A stretch of 64,000 nt of DNA from Octopus sinensis (taxonomy: Eukaryota). This document shows, piece after piece, positions 13,204 through 24,935 of the stretch (position 1 is the first letter of the stretch; each line of letters starts with the position of its first letter). The stretch is from NCBI RefSeq assembly GCF_006345805.1, contig NC_043009.1, positions 28,582,001-28,646,000 of the forward strand. The letters are read 5' to 3'. The notes below the pieces were generated by a model. The model ran no database searches, had not been told where the DNA came from, and worked only from the letters and a program-made list of their open reading frames with translations. A program made the position numbers and the translations under genes.

Positions 13204-13779
13204 TATATATGTGTGTATGCATGTGTGTATGTATATATGTATGTATATATGTATGTATTGTCATAGATGTCAGTTGTCCTGTAGGTGTGAATATCTCTTT
13301 GAAAATCAAAGAGAAAGATGATAACTATAAAAACTGGTTTGAAACTTTCGGCTTCTGTGTCCAAATTACAAATTCAGATATGAGGAAATGGCAAAATGGC
13401 TAACAATCTAGATAAGCTAGTGTTTTTAGAAAAAGATATCAACCAACAAATTTGTGTATTATAAATACAATCTGTGAGGAGAACAGTAAAAATATGCAAC
13501 ACTTTTCTCAAATTTAAAATGTGGTATTGTTTTTGTTCTCCACATTGCAAATATGGAGCTTTGTATCTTTGTAAGAAATCAGCTCCATCCTCGGCAGAAG
13601 AATTTAAATAATTAGAAATGGAAGCAAACACACACATGCATATGTACATATATACACACATCCACAAGACAATAGAGAGTGATTTGATCAAGACTGGCTG
13701 CTCTTTCTGTCAGATCAAGTTATATTGAGGTCATTCACATTATAATAAGATGGTAGATGGTAGTGGTGGCAGTACAGGA

Positions 13780-14230
13780 TTGGTGATGGCAGTTATATAG
13801 GTAGTGGTAGTGATAGTGGTGGTGTTGGTGGTAGTGATGGTAGTGGTTGAAGTGGGGATGGTGGTTGTGATGGTTGTTGAGGTTGTGGTGATAGTGGTGG
13901 TTGGGATGTAGGGATGCTGATGGTGGTGGTGGTGGTGGTAATGGTACAGATAGTGGTGACTGCAGTGACAATTGCAGTGGTGGTGGTAGTTGTGCTAGTG
14001 GTGGTGCTGGTGGTGGTGCTGGTTGTGAAGTTGGTGGTGTTGCTTGTGGTGTAGGTTGTGGTAGTGACAGTAAGGATAGTACTGATTGCAGTGGTGGTGG
14101 TGGTGGTGGTGGTGGTGGTGGTGGTGGTGGTGGTGGTGGTAGTGGTGGTGGTGCTGTTGTTGTTGTTGGTGGTGGTGGTAGTGATGGTGGTGGTGGTGGT
14201 GGTGGTAGTGTTGGTTGTGGTAGCAGTGGT
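13780..14230. repeat. Degenerate (GGT)n microsatellite field
   Basis: Direct. Confidence 0.9.
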
Positions 14231-14488
14231 GCTTTCAGTACTCAATATATATACATGTATGTTTCCTATTGTTCATTTCCGCACCACTGTTATCTCTAAT
14301 GGAATCCTTCCCCTTCTTTTCCCCCCTCCTCCTCTCTTCCTCCACCCCACCCAATTTATCCTATTCTGCCTCTTAACAAAGAAATGAATCATAGATCAGT
14401 ATGTGCATTTCCATGTTACACATGTTAGGTGTGTATGTGTGTATATATATGTATATGTATATGTATATGTATGTATGTATATATATAC

Positions 14489-14522
<34 letters not shown>

Positions 14523-14885
14523 ATGTATGTATATGTATGTATATATATCATCATTATCATCATCATCATCATCGTTTAACGTATATGTATATATATATAT
14601 ATGTATGTATGTGTGCATGTGTGTGTGTACATGTGTGCGTAGACTCATGCATGTATAGCCATTCATGTTTTATATGTATGTATGTATGTGTGTGTGTGTG
14701 TGGGTGTGTGTGTGTGTGTATGTGTGTGTGTGTGTGTGTGTCACAAACAAAAAGGAAAAATTACAAAGACTAAATGAAAAATAAAATGAAGACAATTAAA
14801 GAAATTCTTCCAGGTTTCTAATCCTTTCAAAGTCAGCAAATGTTGTGGGAGAACGGGGAGGTGGGTGAGGAGAGAGAAGATCATG

Positions 14886-14927
<42 letters not shown>

Positions 14928-15684
14928 CAACATATATAAAAAACATATCTAAAAGAAAACAAAAACTTACAGATAATTAAAAATTGACAACTTTTACTTT
15001 GCACCCTTCTTTTTAGGCTTATAGATATTTACACACACACACACACACACTTACACACGCATATGTATGTACATACATATGCAGACACAGATACACATAT
15101 ACATTCATACACTCATATATACCTGTAATCAGTGCAATAGGTTCAACTGAACACCTGGCAGAAATTGATATTTTCGGTGGTGGCTTTTTTTAGGATTTTT
15201 TTTTTTACTGTAATTTTTTGGGGAGGTGTGGGGGAAGGTGGATGGGGAGGGGGTATTCTTTTGTGATCGCCTCTGTCTTTTCCTTCCTTTTTTGGGATTT
15301 TTTCTACGTTTCCTTTATTTAAAAGTAAATTACTACAAGAGTTACAACAATAACAGCAACAACATTGATAGAATAAAACGATTCATAGAAATATACATAC
15401 ATTCACTCATGTGTGAGTGTGTGTGTGTGTGAGTGTGTGTGTGTGTGCATATATACACATATATACATACACACATACAAGCGTATATATATATATATAT
15501 ATGTGCACGTGTGTGTGTGTAGGTACACATGTCTATCTATCTGTCTATTTGTCAATACCTATAATATATATAATATATATATAATATGTATATAATATAT
15601 ACATATATGATATATATATGTATATATGTATATGTGTTTATACATACATTCATATACACACACACATACATATATATATATATA

Positions 15685-15720
<36 letters not shown>

Positions 15721-15899
15721 CTTACAACCTGTCATTCATATTCATTTTTAAGCGTTGATTCGTAACTCTAAATCCCGTTTCTCTATTATTTATTTCGCCA
15801 TCTTGTATGCATGGCTTCCTGTCTGTCATGCATTTTAAATTCCTCCTTTAATTTCAGTGTCATCCTGTTATTATTCCATCCCCAGAATTCACTACAATA

Positions 15900-16342
15900 T
15901 TCTCTCTCTCTCCTATTTATATTATGTTTTACTCGAACCCCGAAGTTTCTAGATGTTCAGTAATTTCTGTCGCAGAAAATTCCCTACGTATTACTTTAAA
16001 ACCTGTTGTTCCTTCGTCGTTATTCCTTTCCCCAAAGATACCCTAAATTCCCTACGAAATTTTTTCTCTCTCTCTTATTTATATTACGTTCTTCTCGAAC
16101 CCCGAAGTTCCTAGATGTTCAGTAATTTCTGTTGCAGAAAATTCCCTACGTATTAACTTAAAACCTGTTGTTCCTTCGTCGTTATTCCTTTCCCCAAAGA
16201 TACCCTAAATTCCCTACGAAATTTTTTCTCTCTCTCTCTTATTTATATTACGTTCTTCTCGAACCCCGAAGTTCCTAGATGTTCAGTAATTTCTGTTGCA
16301 GAAAATTCCCTACGTATTAACTTAAAACCTGTTGTTCCTTCG
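15900..16342 (+). repeat. ~163-bp tandem monomers (x2.7) upstream of the LINE ORF
   Basis: cgaaccccgaag recurs at 15934, 16096, 16260. Confidence 0.9.
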
Positions 16343-16492
16343 AGGTGAACCCGCTCACCCACCCATCCACCAGAACCGGAAGTTTCTGTTTTCTATCTTT
16401 CTTGACCCCCCCGCACCCCTATGTAGGGTTTATTGTGATCATATAGCGCAAAAACTGTGAAATTTATGCAGGTTGTAGTCTAGAGTCTCAGT

Positions 16493-19400
16493 ATGATATC
16501 TGGCAAATGCAAGCTTTCTTTTCAGGTACATAACACTGCTGTCCCTCATCCCAGGGTCTCAGAGGCCCACACCTCCCACACCCTCAGGGTGGGCACCCTC
16601 AACGTTGGCACATTGAAAGGTAGGTCTGGCGAGATAGTCGAGATGCTTGAACGGAGACGTGTTGATGTATGTTGTATGCAAGAAATAAGGTGGAGAGGAG
16701 GATCTGCTAGGGTCCTCACAGGCAAGAAACACAGGTACAAGATTTTTTGGCAGGGAACACTGACGGGGTTGGTGGCGTGGGTATACTTATCGCTGAGAAT
16801 GGATAGATAGAGTACTTGAGGTAATCAGAGTAAGTGACAGAATACTTAAGATTAGAATAGTACTTCATAATAGATTAGCAACCATTATATCGGCCTATGC
16901 CCCTCAGCCAGGGCTACCCGATGGACAGAAAGACAGTTTCTATGACACCCTACTGCAGACCGCCTCATCGACGAACGACAGGGACCTTCTCTTTGTGGCT
17001 GGTGATTTCAATGGGCATGTTGGACGACATGCTGGGGGCTTCCATGGCGTACATGGAGGCTACGGTTATGGTTCCCGCAACGAGGAGGGAACCAGGCTGC
17101 TGGAGTTCTGCGATGCGAATAGTCTTATGGTCTGCAACACTAACTTCAGGAAACCAACAAGCCACCTGGTCACCTACCGATCGGGCCGGCATACTAGCCA
17201 AATCGACTACATCCTTGCCAGAAAAAGGGAAAGATGGCTGCTTATAAATACCAAAACCTTCCCAGGCGAAGAATGCACCCCACAACATAGACTGGTAGTT
17301 AGTGACTTTAGGATCAGGACTAAGAGGGCGACTAGAAGACGACCAACATGGAGAAGAAGGGTCTGGAAGCTTAAAGCCCCTGCGAATGGACAGAGATTTA
17401 GAGATATGTTACTTGAAGCCTTTGACGAAGTGGAAGGGGGTATAGCTACACATGGGGTAGAAGACAACTGGACGTTTCTGAGGGACAACCTGCTGAAAGC
17501 CGCTGACCAGATCTGTGGCTGGTGCAAAGTCCCCTCAAGACCCAAAATAACGTGGTGGTGGAACAATATTGTTGACAGGGCTATTAGACAAAGAAACAGG
17601 CTTGGAAGCCTGGAAGAACGGTGGTAGCAGGGAAGGGTATCAGACTGCCAGAAGGGAAGCTAGGAGACAGGTCTATCTAGCCAGAGGGGAAGCAGATAAG
17701 AGAAAATTTGCCAATGTCCTGCGCCGTGAGGATGAAAGACTTGAGGTATTTCGTGTTGCAAGACAGTGTGTGAGAGAGAATCGTGATGTGGTAGGAGAGA
17801 AATGTGTTCGCATGGAGGATGGTTCACTTGCGCTAAATGAGGATGCAAAGAGAGAAGCTTGGAGACGCCACTATGAAAGGTTACTGAATGAGGAAAATGA
17901 ATGGGATAAAGAGAGTCTGCCGAATGTTGACCCTACAGAGGGACCAGCTATCCGAGTCGATAGTTCCGTGGTAGCTAAGGCAATTAGAAGCATGAAGACA
18001 GGGAAAGCCCCAGGCCCATCAGGAATTACTGCAGAGATGCTCAAAATATCTGGCAGTGTCGGCTATAACCTAGTCACCCGTATAGTCAACCAGGTGATAC
18101 ACGAAGGAGTCATACCCAATGACTGGTGCAGCAGCATACTAGTCAACTGCTACAAAGGTAAAGGTGATGCCCTAGATACAAATAATTACAGAGGTATCAA
18201 GCTGTTGGATCAAGTAATGAAGGTTACGGAGAGGGTCATAGCCCAACTAATTAGAGAGAGAGTTAGTTTAGATGAGATGCAGTTTGGGTTCGTGCCAGGG
18301 AAAAGTACCACTGATGCTATATTCCTGGTAAGGCAGCTGCAGGAGAAATACCTAGCCAAAGATAAGCCCCTGTACCTGGCTTTCGTTGACATGGAGAAAG
18401 CTTTTGATAGGGTCCCCCGATCCCTTATCTGGTGGTCAATGAGGAAACTAGGGATAGATGAATGGCTGGTGAGGACTGTGCAAGCCATGTACAGAGATGC
18501 CGTAAGTAAGGTTAGGGTTGGCAACATGTACACAGAAGAATTCAAAGTAGAGGTTGGGGTCCACCAGGGTTCAGTACTCAGCCCCCGCCTATTTATCATA
18601 GTACTCCAGGCAATTACGGAGGAATTCAAGACAGGCTGTCCCTGGGAGCTCCTCTACGCTGACGACCTTGCTCTTATTGCTGAGTCACTATCAGAACTGG
18701 AGGAGAAGTTCCAGGTGTGGAAGGAGGTTTAGAATCAAGGGGCCTTAGAGTCAACCTAGCTAAAACCAAAGTACTAATAAGTAGAAAGGTAGACAATCCA
18801 CAAATATCTTCAGGAAAATGGCCCTGCTCGATCTGTAGAAAAGGTGTAGGTAGAAACTCTATAAGATGTACCCAGTGTAAGCTATGGACACATAAGAGGT
18901 GCAGCAATGTCAAAGGTAGGCTAACTGGGAAGATAGTTTTTGTATGTGGCAGATGCTCGGGAGCATTAACCTCCAAAAATCTGCAGAAAACAACTTCCGT
19001 CACTTTCCAGGGGGAAAAACTAGAAGTAGTTGATAGCTTCCGTTATCTAGGTGACCAAGTCAGTAGTGGGGGTGGGTGCGCTGAAAGTGTAACTGCTAGA
19101 ATAAGAATAGCCTGGGCAAAGTTTAGGGAGCTCTTACCTCTGCTGGTGACTAAAGGCCTCTCGCTCAGAGTAAAAGGCAGACTGTATGATGCGTGTGTAC
19201 GAACAGCCATGCTACATGGCAGCGAAACATGGGCCGTGACTGCTGAGGACATGCGTAAGCTCGTGAGGAATGAAGCCAGTATGCTCCGATGGATGTGTAA
19301 TGTCAGTGTACATACTCGACAGAGCGTTGTACCTAAGAAGCATCAGTTGTGGTGTGCAAGAGAGACGATTGCGCTGGTATGGTCATGTGGCGAGAATGGA

Positions 19401-19590
19401 TGAAGATAGGTGTGTGAGAAAGTGCCAATCCCTAGCAGTTGAGGGAACCCGTGGAAGAGGTAGACCCAGGAAAACCTGGGATGAGGTGGTGAAGCACGAC
19501 CTTCGAACTTTAGGCCTCACTGAGGAAATGACCAGAGACCGAGACCTTTGGAAATATTCTGTACGTGAGAAGACCAGGCAGGACAAGTGA
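16493..19590 (+). pseudogene. RTE ORF: APE endonuclease + reverse transcriptase (with PHD-like finger), frameshifted
   Basis: APE motifs GTLNVGTL, QEIRW, GDFNGHVG, QIDYIL, PQH; RT motifs KAPGPSG, NYRGIKLL, QFGF, FVDMEKAFDRV, GVHQGSVLSP, YADD (18655-18666), FRYLG; RTE C-terminus WYGHV...RGRGRPRKTW. Frameshifts near 16757, 16800, 17590, 18725 and a deletion near 19330. Confidence 0.95.
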
Positions 19591-19674
19591 GCCCAGCCCA
19601 CTTATGAATGCCTTTCCTCCCTTGGACACAAAGACCGGTTGAGGCAAGCGAAGTCAATATAGAACCTCATCCGA

Positions 19675-20127
19675 CGACAGACACCCATGCCAACCCCCCA
19701 TGCTTGCGAAGACATGTTGGGGCAAGCGAAATCGAAATCGAAACCGAATTGAACCAGCCAGGATCCCTGGCCTGGTGGTACGTAAAAAGCACTATCCGAC
19801 TCGTGGCCATGGCACGTAAAATACTCCAATGCGACCATACGACAGGCACCCATGCCAACCCCCTTTGCTTGTGAAGACATGTTGGGGCAAGTGAAATCGA
19901 AATCGAATTGAACCAGCCAGGATCCCTGGTCTGGTGGTACGTAAAAAGCACTATCCGACTCGTGGCCGTGGCACGTAAAATACTCCAATCCGACCGTACG
20001 ACAGGCACCCATGCCAACCCCCTTTGCTTGTGAAGACATGTTGGGGCAAGCGAAATCGAAATCGAATTGAACCAGCCAGGATCCCTGGTCTGGTGGTACG
20101 TAAAAAGCACTATCCGACCCGTGGCCG
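19675..20127 (+). repeat. ~160-bp tandem repeats (x2.8) in the LINE 3' UTR
   Basis: cgacag(a/g)cacccatgccaacccc at 19675, 19840, 19999. Confidence 0.9.
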
Positions 20128-20386
20128 ATGCCAGCACCGCCTCGACTGGCTTCCGTGCCGGTGGCACATAAAATACACCAATCTGACCGTGGCCGTTGCC
20201 AGCCCCACCTGGCACCTGTGCAGGTGGCACGTAAAAAGCACCCGCTACACTCACGGAGTGGTTGGCGTTAGGAAGGGCATCCAGCTGTAGAAACATTGCC
20301 AGATTAGACAGAACCCCGGTCGAACGTCCAACCCATGCTAGCATGGAGAACGGACGTTAACGACGATGATGATGATGATGATATAC

Positions 20387-20446
<60 letters not shown>

Positions 20447-20994
20447 ATACACATATATATTACATATATATATACATAATATATATACACACACACACAT
20501 ATATACATATACACACACACATACACAATCACACACACATGGGCAAGAAAGGGAGAGGCAAAGAGAGACAGGGAAAGAAAATGTCTGAGAGTAAAGAACA
20601 TCAAATTCTACTGTTTCAGGAATTTAAGTCAATTAAATCTGTTTTAATCTTCTATTTATCTGTTTCCTAATTCATAGTCTTGTAGAAAGATTATGGTGGC
20701 TTCTTGGGTGGATGCCATTTTCTTTAACCTTGGGTTAACTCATAACTTTGTGAGTAAAAATGGTATAGAAGAAAACTGAAGTGAAGCCTATTAGATGCAG
20801 TGTACCAGTAAGTCAAAAAGCACAACTGTGCTAAACACTGTGCCACACTACTTCTGCCAGAGAAGGCTACACATGTCTTTAGAATACTCAGCCATCTTCA
20901 TACTAATCCAATTAGCAAATAGTTGATTGGACAATTGATTCTTGCCATCATCATCATCATTATCTTCATCATCATTTAACATCCATATCTGCAA

Positions 20995-21350
20995 AAAAGC
21001 ACTCAGTCCATTCCGTGAAGTGGTTGGTGCTAGAAAGGGCCTCCGGGCAAAACAGTTGAAATGGAGCCTGGTGCAGTCTTCTGGTTTGACAGGAACTGGC
21101 AAACCATTCAGCACATGCCACAGAATGGAAAACAGACGTTAAATGATGATGATGGTGATGATGAGGATGATGATGATGATGGTGTTCGTGATGATGGTGA
21201 TGATGATGGCGATGATGATGATGATGGTGATGATGATGATGGCAATGATGATGATGATGGTAATGATGATGATGATGGTGATGATGATGTTCGTGATGAT
21301 GGTGATGATGATGGCAATGATGATGATGGTGGTGGTGGTGGTGGTGGTGT
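20995..21350 (+). mobile_element. RTE-type 3' tail with expanded (GAT)n
   Basis: gtggttggtgctagaaagggc...gacgttaaatgatgatg followed by a long GAT array. Confidence 0.7.
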
Positions 21351-21734
21351 GATACCATGCTGGCATGGGTTGGAATAAAGGTGCCCATAGCAATCACCCT
21401 TTTTGACCCCCCGATAAATCCAGCCCTGCTCACATCCCCTGGAATGCTATATCTGGTTGGGAAACCCTGCTTTAGGGTCTGACAGGTGGGAGATTTTTCT
21501 TTTTTGCTGTTTCTTTTAAGTCAAGCTACTATGTAAATGTCTCTCTCTTGAGGGCTCATATACAGTAATATACACAAAGACAATAGATGTGATTTGAGGT
21601 GTATTTTGCTGCTATTTCTATCAGGTTCTTACTACTACTTCTACTATATATACACATATACACACACACAAACACTGCCATGTGGAAGTGTCTGTGCAGT
21701 GCCACACAAAAGCTCTCTTACAGTACTACATGAA

Positions 21735-21905
21735 AGCACCCAGTACACTCTGTAAAGTAGTTGGCTTTAGGAAGGGCAACCAGCCATAGAAAGCCATACT
21801 AAATCACACGGGGGTCTGGTGCAGCTTCTCAGATTGCCAGCTCTGATCACATCGTCCAACCCATGCCAGCATGGACAACGGATGTTAAAAGATGATGATG
21901 ATGAA
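21735..21905 (+). mobile_element. RTE-type 3' tail fragment
   Basis: aggaagggcaaccagc...ccaacccatgccagcatgg...gttaaaagatgatg. Confidence 0.75.
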
Positions 21906-22252
21906 GATAGTTGGGTCTAATCTGAGAAGAGATTTGGCTGCTATTTCTGCTGTTTCAATCAGGTCAGGTTCCATATAAGAGACTCTCATATTTTGCTCAT
22001 ACACACTCATACACACATACACACACAATAAAACGCAATAACACACACAAAACACACATGCACACACACTCAAGCAGTTTTATATACTCATTAATTAATA
22101 AGATAATTATCATTTAAGTGCAGACTCACCTCTGGTGCCACAATTGCATCCTCTTCACTCTTTCTCTATTCATTTAATATAATTAACTAATTAACTAAGT
22201 TTACTAATGTATCAACAAACCATTTCATTAACTTTCTTATACTTAACTAATA

Positions 22253-22655
22253 GATGCAGTCATGGTTGTGGCTGTGTGGTAAGAAGCTTGCCTCTTAATC
22301 ATATGGTTCTGGGTTCAGTTCCACAGCATGGCACATTAGGAAAAAAAGTTTTTTACTAAAATCTCGGGTTAACCAAAGCCTTGTGAGTGGATTTTAGGGG
22401 ACAGAAACTGAAAGAAGCCTCTATGTATATGTGTGTGTGTGTGTGTGTGTTTTCCCCCCACCCTTCTGCTTGATAACTGGTGTTGGTACATTTAAATCCC
22501 AATAATTTAGTAGCTTCGCATAAGAGATTGACAGAATAAGTACGAGGCTGTAAAAAAAGTGCCAAAAAAAAACTAGAGTTGATTTATTTAACTAAAAATT
22601 CTTCAAGGCAGTGCCCCAGCATGGCCACAATGAAATGGCTAAAACAAGTAAAAAA
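22253..22655 (+). mobile_element. tRNA-derived SINE family A, full length
   Basis: tggctgtgtggtaag A-box, ggttcagttcc B-box, internal (TG)n, 3' gcatggccac...aacaagtaaaa. Confidence 0.8.
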
Positions 22656-23009
22656 ATTTTAAATCGAAAAAAAAAAGCCAAGCACAATGTTCTCTCTCTC
22701 TCTCTCTCTCTCTCTCTCACGAAACCTTTTCTTGTTCTGTCATTTTAATCTTAAAAACAGTGATTACCAGAAAGAAAAGCTGTATAGATAATGCTGATTG
22801 GAAGATAAACTGAGTGAAACAAATTTGAAATATTTTTATTACTTTGAGTAAAATTAGAGTACCTGGATCTAATTCTGGTGCACAAAGTCCATTACAGTAA
22901 TCTTGCCTTGGCATTTGATGCCTTCTTTAGCATTACAGCCTTAAAGGTCATCGTATAATGGATTGAGGAAGTCGGGTGAGAGAACTAAGTGCAAAATTGT
23001 TTTATGATT

Positions 23010-23235
23010 TCGTAAGCATAAAGGCTAGTGATGTTGAGGGGAGGGGATTAGCCAATTACATCAATGTCACAGCCTGGATGGTAATTTTTTTTGTTTCTTT
23101 TTTTTTTATTTTATCAACCCTGAAGGGATGAGAGGCAAAGTTGAATTTACTGGGGTTTGAACTTGGAATGTAGAGTCAGAGCAAGCAGCACAAAGCTATT
23201 TTTTTAATATTCTGTGCTCTAACAATTCTACCAGT
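23010..23235 (-). mobile_element. tRNA-derived SINE family B, diverged
   Basis: Reverse complement of the ctttgcctttcatcct...gataaa core seen at 25950-26650. Confidence 0.6.
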
Positions 23236-23284
23236 TAATAATAACAATAGAAATATGAATAATAATAATGATAATAATAATAAT

Positions 23285-23650
23285 AACAAGAGCACTCAGA
23301 GAGTATAAACTTCTGCCAAGGTAACACGAACATCCTCTCAATGATTAGCCGGAGATGATTTTTAAAATGAGAATATCTGAAATAAACTTGAATGTTTTCA
23401 CAAATGAGAATACTAAAAATGAACCCGACTGTTCTCAAAATTTAAGTAAAAAACAGGAGAAATAATCCAGAATCCTTGTTCAGTACTAGATCGATCCCAA
23501 AATCTAATCAATTTGTGCCAGTCACGAGTCCAAACAACCCTGAAAGTTTCATTCAAATCCATCCAACGGTTCTTGAGATATCTTGTCCACGGACAAACAA
23601 ACAAACACGACTGCAAACTATTCCTCTGCCTTTGTGAAGGCAGATGTAAT
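23285..23650 (+). mobile_element. Helentron-associated (HINE/DINE-1-like) non-autonomous element
   Basis: Begins aacaagagcactcagagag..ttctgccaagg, has a caaa microsatellite, ends with stem-loop ctctgcctttgtgaaggcaga sharing the tctgcc subterminal motif. Confidence 0.5.
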
Positions 23651-23727
23651 AAATGCTGATGATATTAATGATAAAATCTTTCATACAAAAAGTCTATTAA
23701 GGACCATGACATGTACAAGTATGGGCC

Positions 23728-23759
<32 letters not shown>

Positions 23760-23762
<3 letters not shown>

Positions 23763-24309
23763 GATCTCACGGAGAGTAAGGGCCGGATGGAAGGCATTCA
23801 ATGGCATAAGGGATGTGCTCAAGGAAAGGTTGGACAGGACCACCCGTGCCAACCTCATTAACAGTGCAGTTCTGCCTGCAATGTTATATGGTAGTGAAAC
23901 ATGGGCTACCACAAAGAGAGAAGAGCAAAGACTGGTAACGGCTCAAAGAGCCATGGAAAGGTCAATGCTTGGAATCTCGTTCAGAGAGCACATAAGTAGC
24001 AAGATCATCAGAAAGAAGTTCGGCGTGAGAGATGTCATTGCAGAGTATACACGCAGCAAGTATAAATGGGCTGGACACGTCGCCTGGCTCACCGATAATC
24101 GGTGGACGCACGCAGTTGTCGAGTGGTACTCGCATGAGTGGAAAAGACCACCCAGAAGACATCCACGACGGTGGAGTTATGATTTCAGGAGGACGATTGG
24201 GGTCACGTGGATGAGAAAGGCGCGATCCAGAGAGGAGTGGACAGCGTGCTATGACCAGCGGTATCAAATGGACGCCTGACGGACTGATCGATCAAGGTGA
24301 TCAAGGTGA

Positions 24310-24311
<2 letters not shown>
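23760..24311 (+). mobile_element. 5'-truncated RTE LINE (second family), C-terminal region
   Basis: VLPAMLYGSETW...QRAMERSMLG...KWAGHVA...DNRWT...RRW; short tandem tail atcaaggtg x2; inside (TA)n. Confidence 0.9.
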
Positions 24312-24354
<43 letters not shown>

Positions 24355-24360
<6 letters not shown>

Positions 24361-24925
24361 AAAGCAATTAAGATTCAAGCCAATTCTAATGAATTTACTT
24401 GAATGCGGTACTTAACTTAGATGCACCAGAAAACTATATGGTGTTAACCATACAGTAATGTGGGGTGATTATAAACGAGAAAGAAGCAACAAGAATGGAT
24501 TAGTTTTTAGTACAATTGTTTCATACAAAGACAGGCTTTATTAAAAGTTGCAAAAATTGCAGCAGATAAAAAGTGTCTCGTACTCATCAGCTAAAATACA
24601 TATGAGTTCTCCAAATATATATATTGAAAGAAAGTCAGAAAAAACACAAAAGAGCATATTAGGTTTGAGTGGCTGAAAGAAATTTTTATCAATGAATCAA
24701 AGATAAAATTAAAAAATACAAATTATATATATTTGAAATTCTTGTAATACAAGGAACATATAAGATTCATTCTAATGTAGTGGACTTTTACATGAGTTAA
24801 TTAATTCATATAAATAAGTAACAGGACCTGGGCGTGCATTAGGCATTTATAGACAAGCATGTCGTTCGAGTCTCTACATTTTGTTGAGACTCGCACTCAG
24901 CTGTGCTCATCTAATCAATGTATTT
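24355..24925 (-). mobile_element. Penelope-like pLTR remnant
   Basis: Non-coding AT-rich segment next to (TA)n carrying a canonical minimal hammerhead. Confidence 0.5.
24505..24596 (-). ncRNA. Type-I hammerhead ribozyme, canonical core
   Basis: Minus strand TTTTAG-CTGATGA-GTACGAGACA...TGTCTTTGTAT-GAAA-CAATTG-TA-CTAAAA; palindromic stem III, GUA cleavage triplet. Confidence 0.8.
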
Positions 24926-24935
24926 TATATACAAA

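Larger units (their letters stand above)
12740..13210. repeat. 231-bp tandem duplication carrying a hammerhead in each unit
   Basis: atgacgagaattgc starts at 12767 and 12998; unique parts appear identical. Confidence 0.9.
15719..20381 (+). mobile_element. Near full-length RTE-clade LINE inserted in (TA)n
   Basis: Putative 5' UTR, single APE-RT ORF, 3' UTR ending ggacgttaacgacgatgatgat; (TA)n on both flanks; the 5' boundary is inferred. Confidence 0.85.

Noticed and set aside
15900-20127. Regularly spaced ~160-bp repeats in both LINE UTRs as CRISPR-like arrays
   Set aside because: Whole units repeat with no unique spacers; eukaryotic LINE context and no cas genes.
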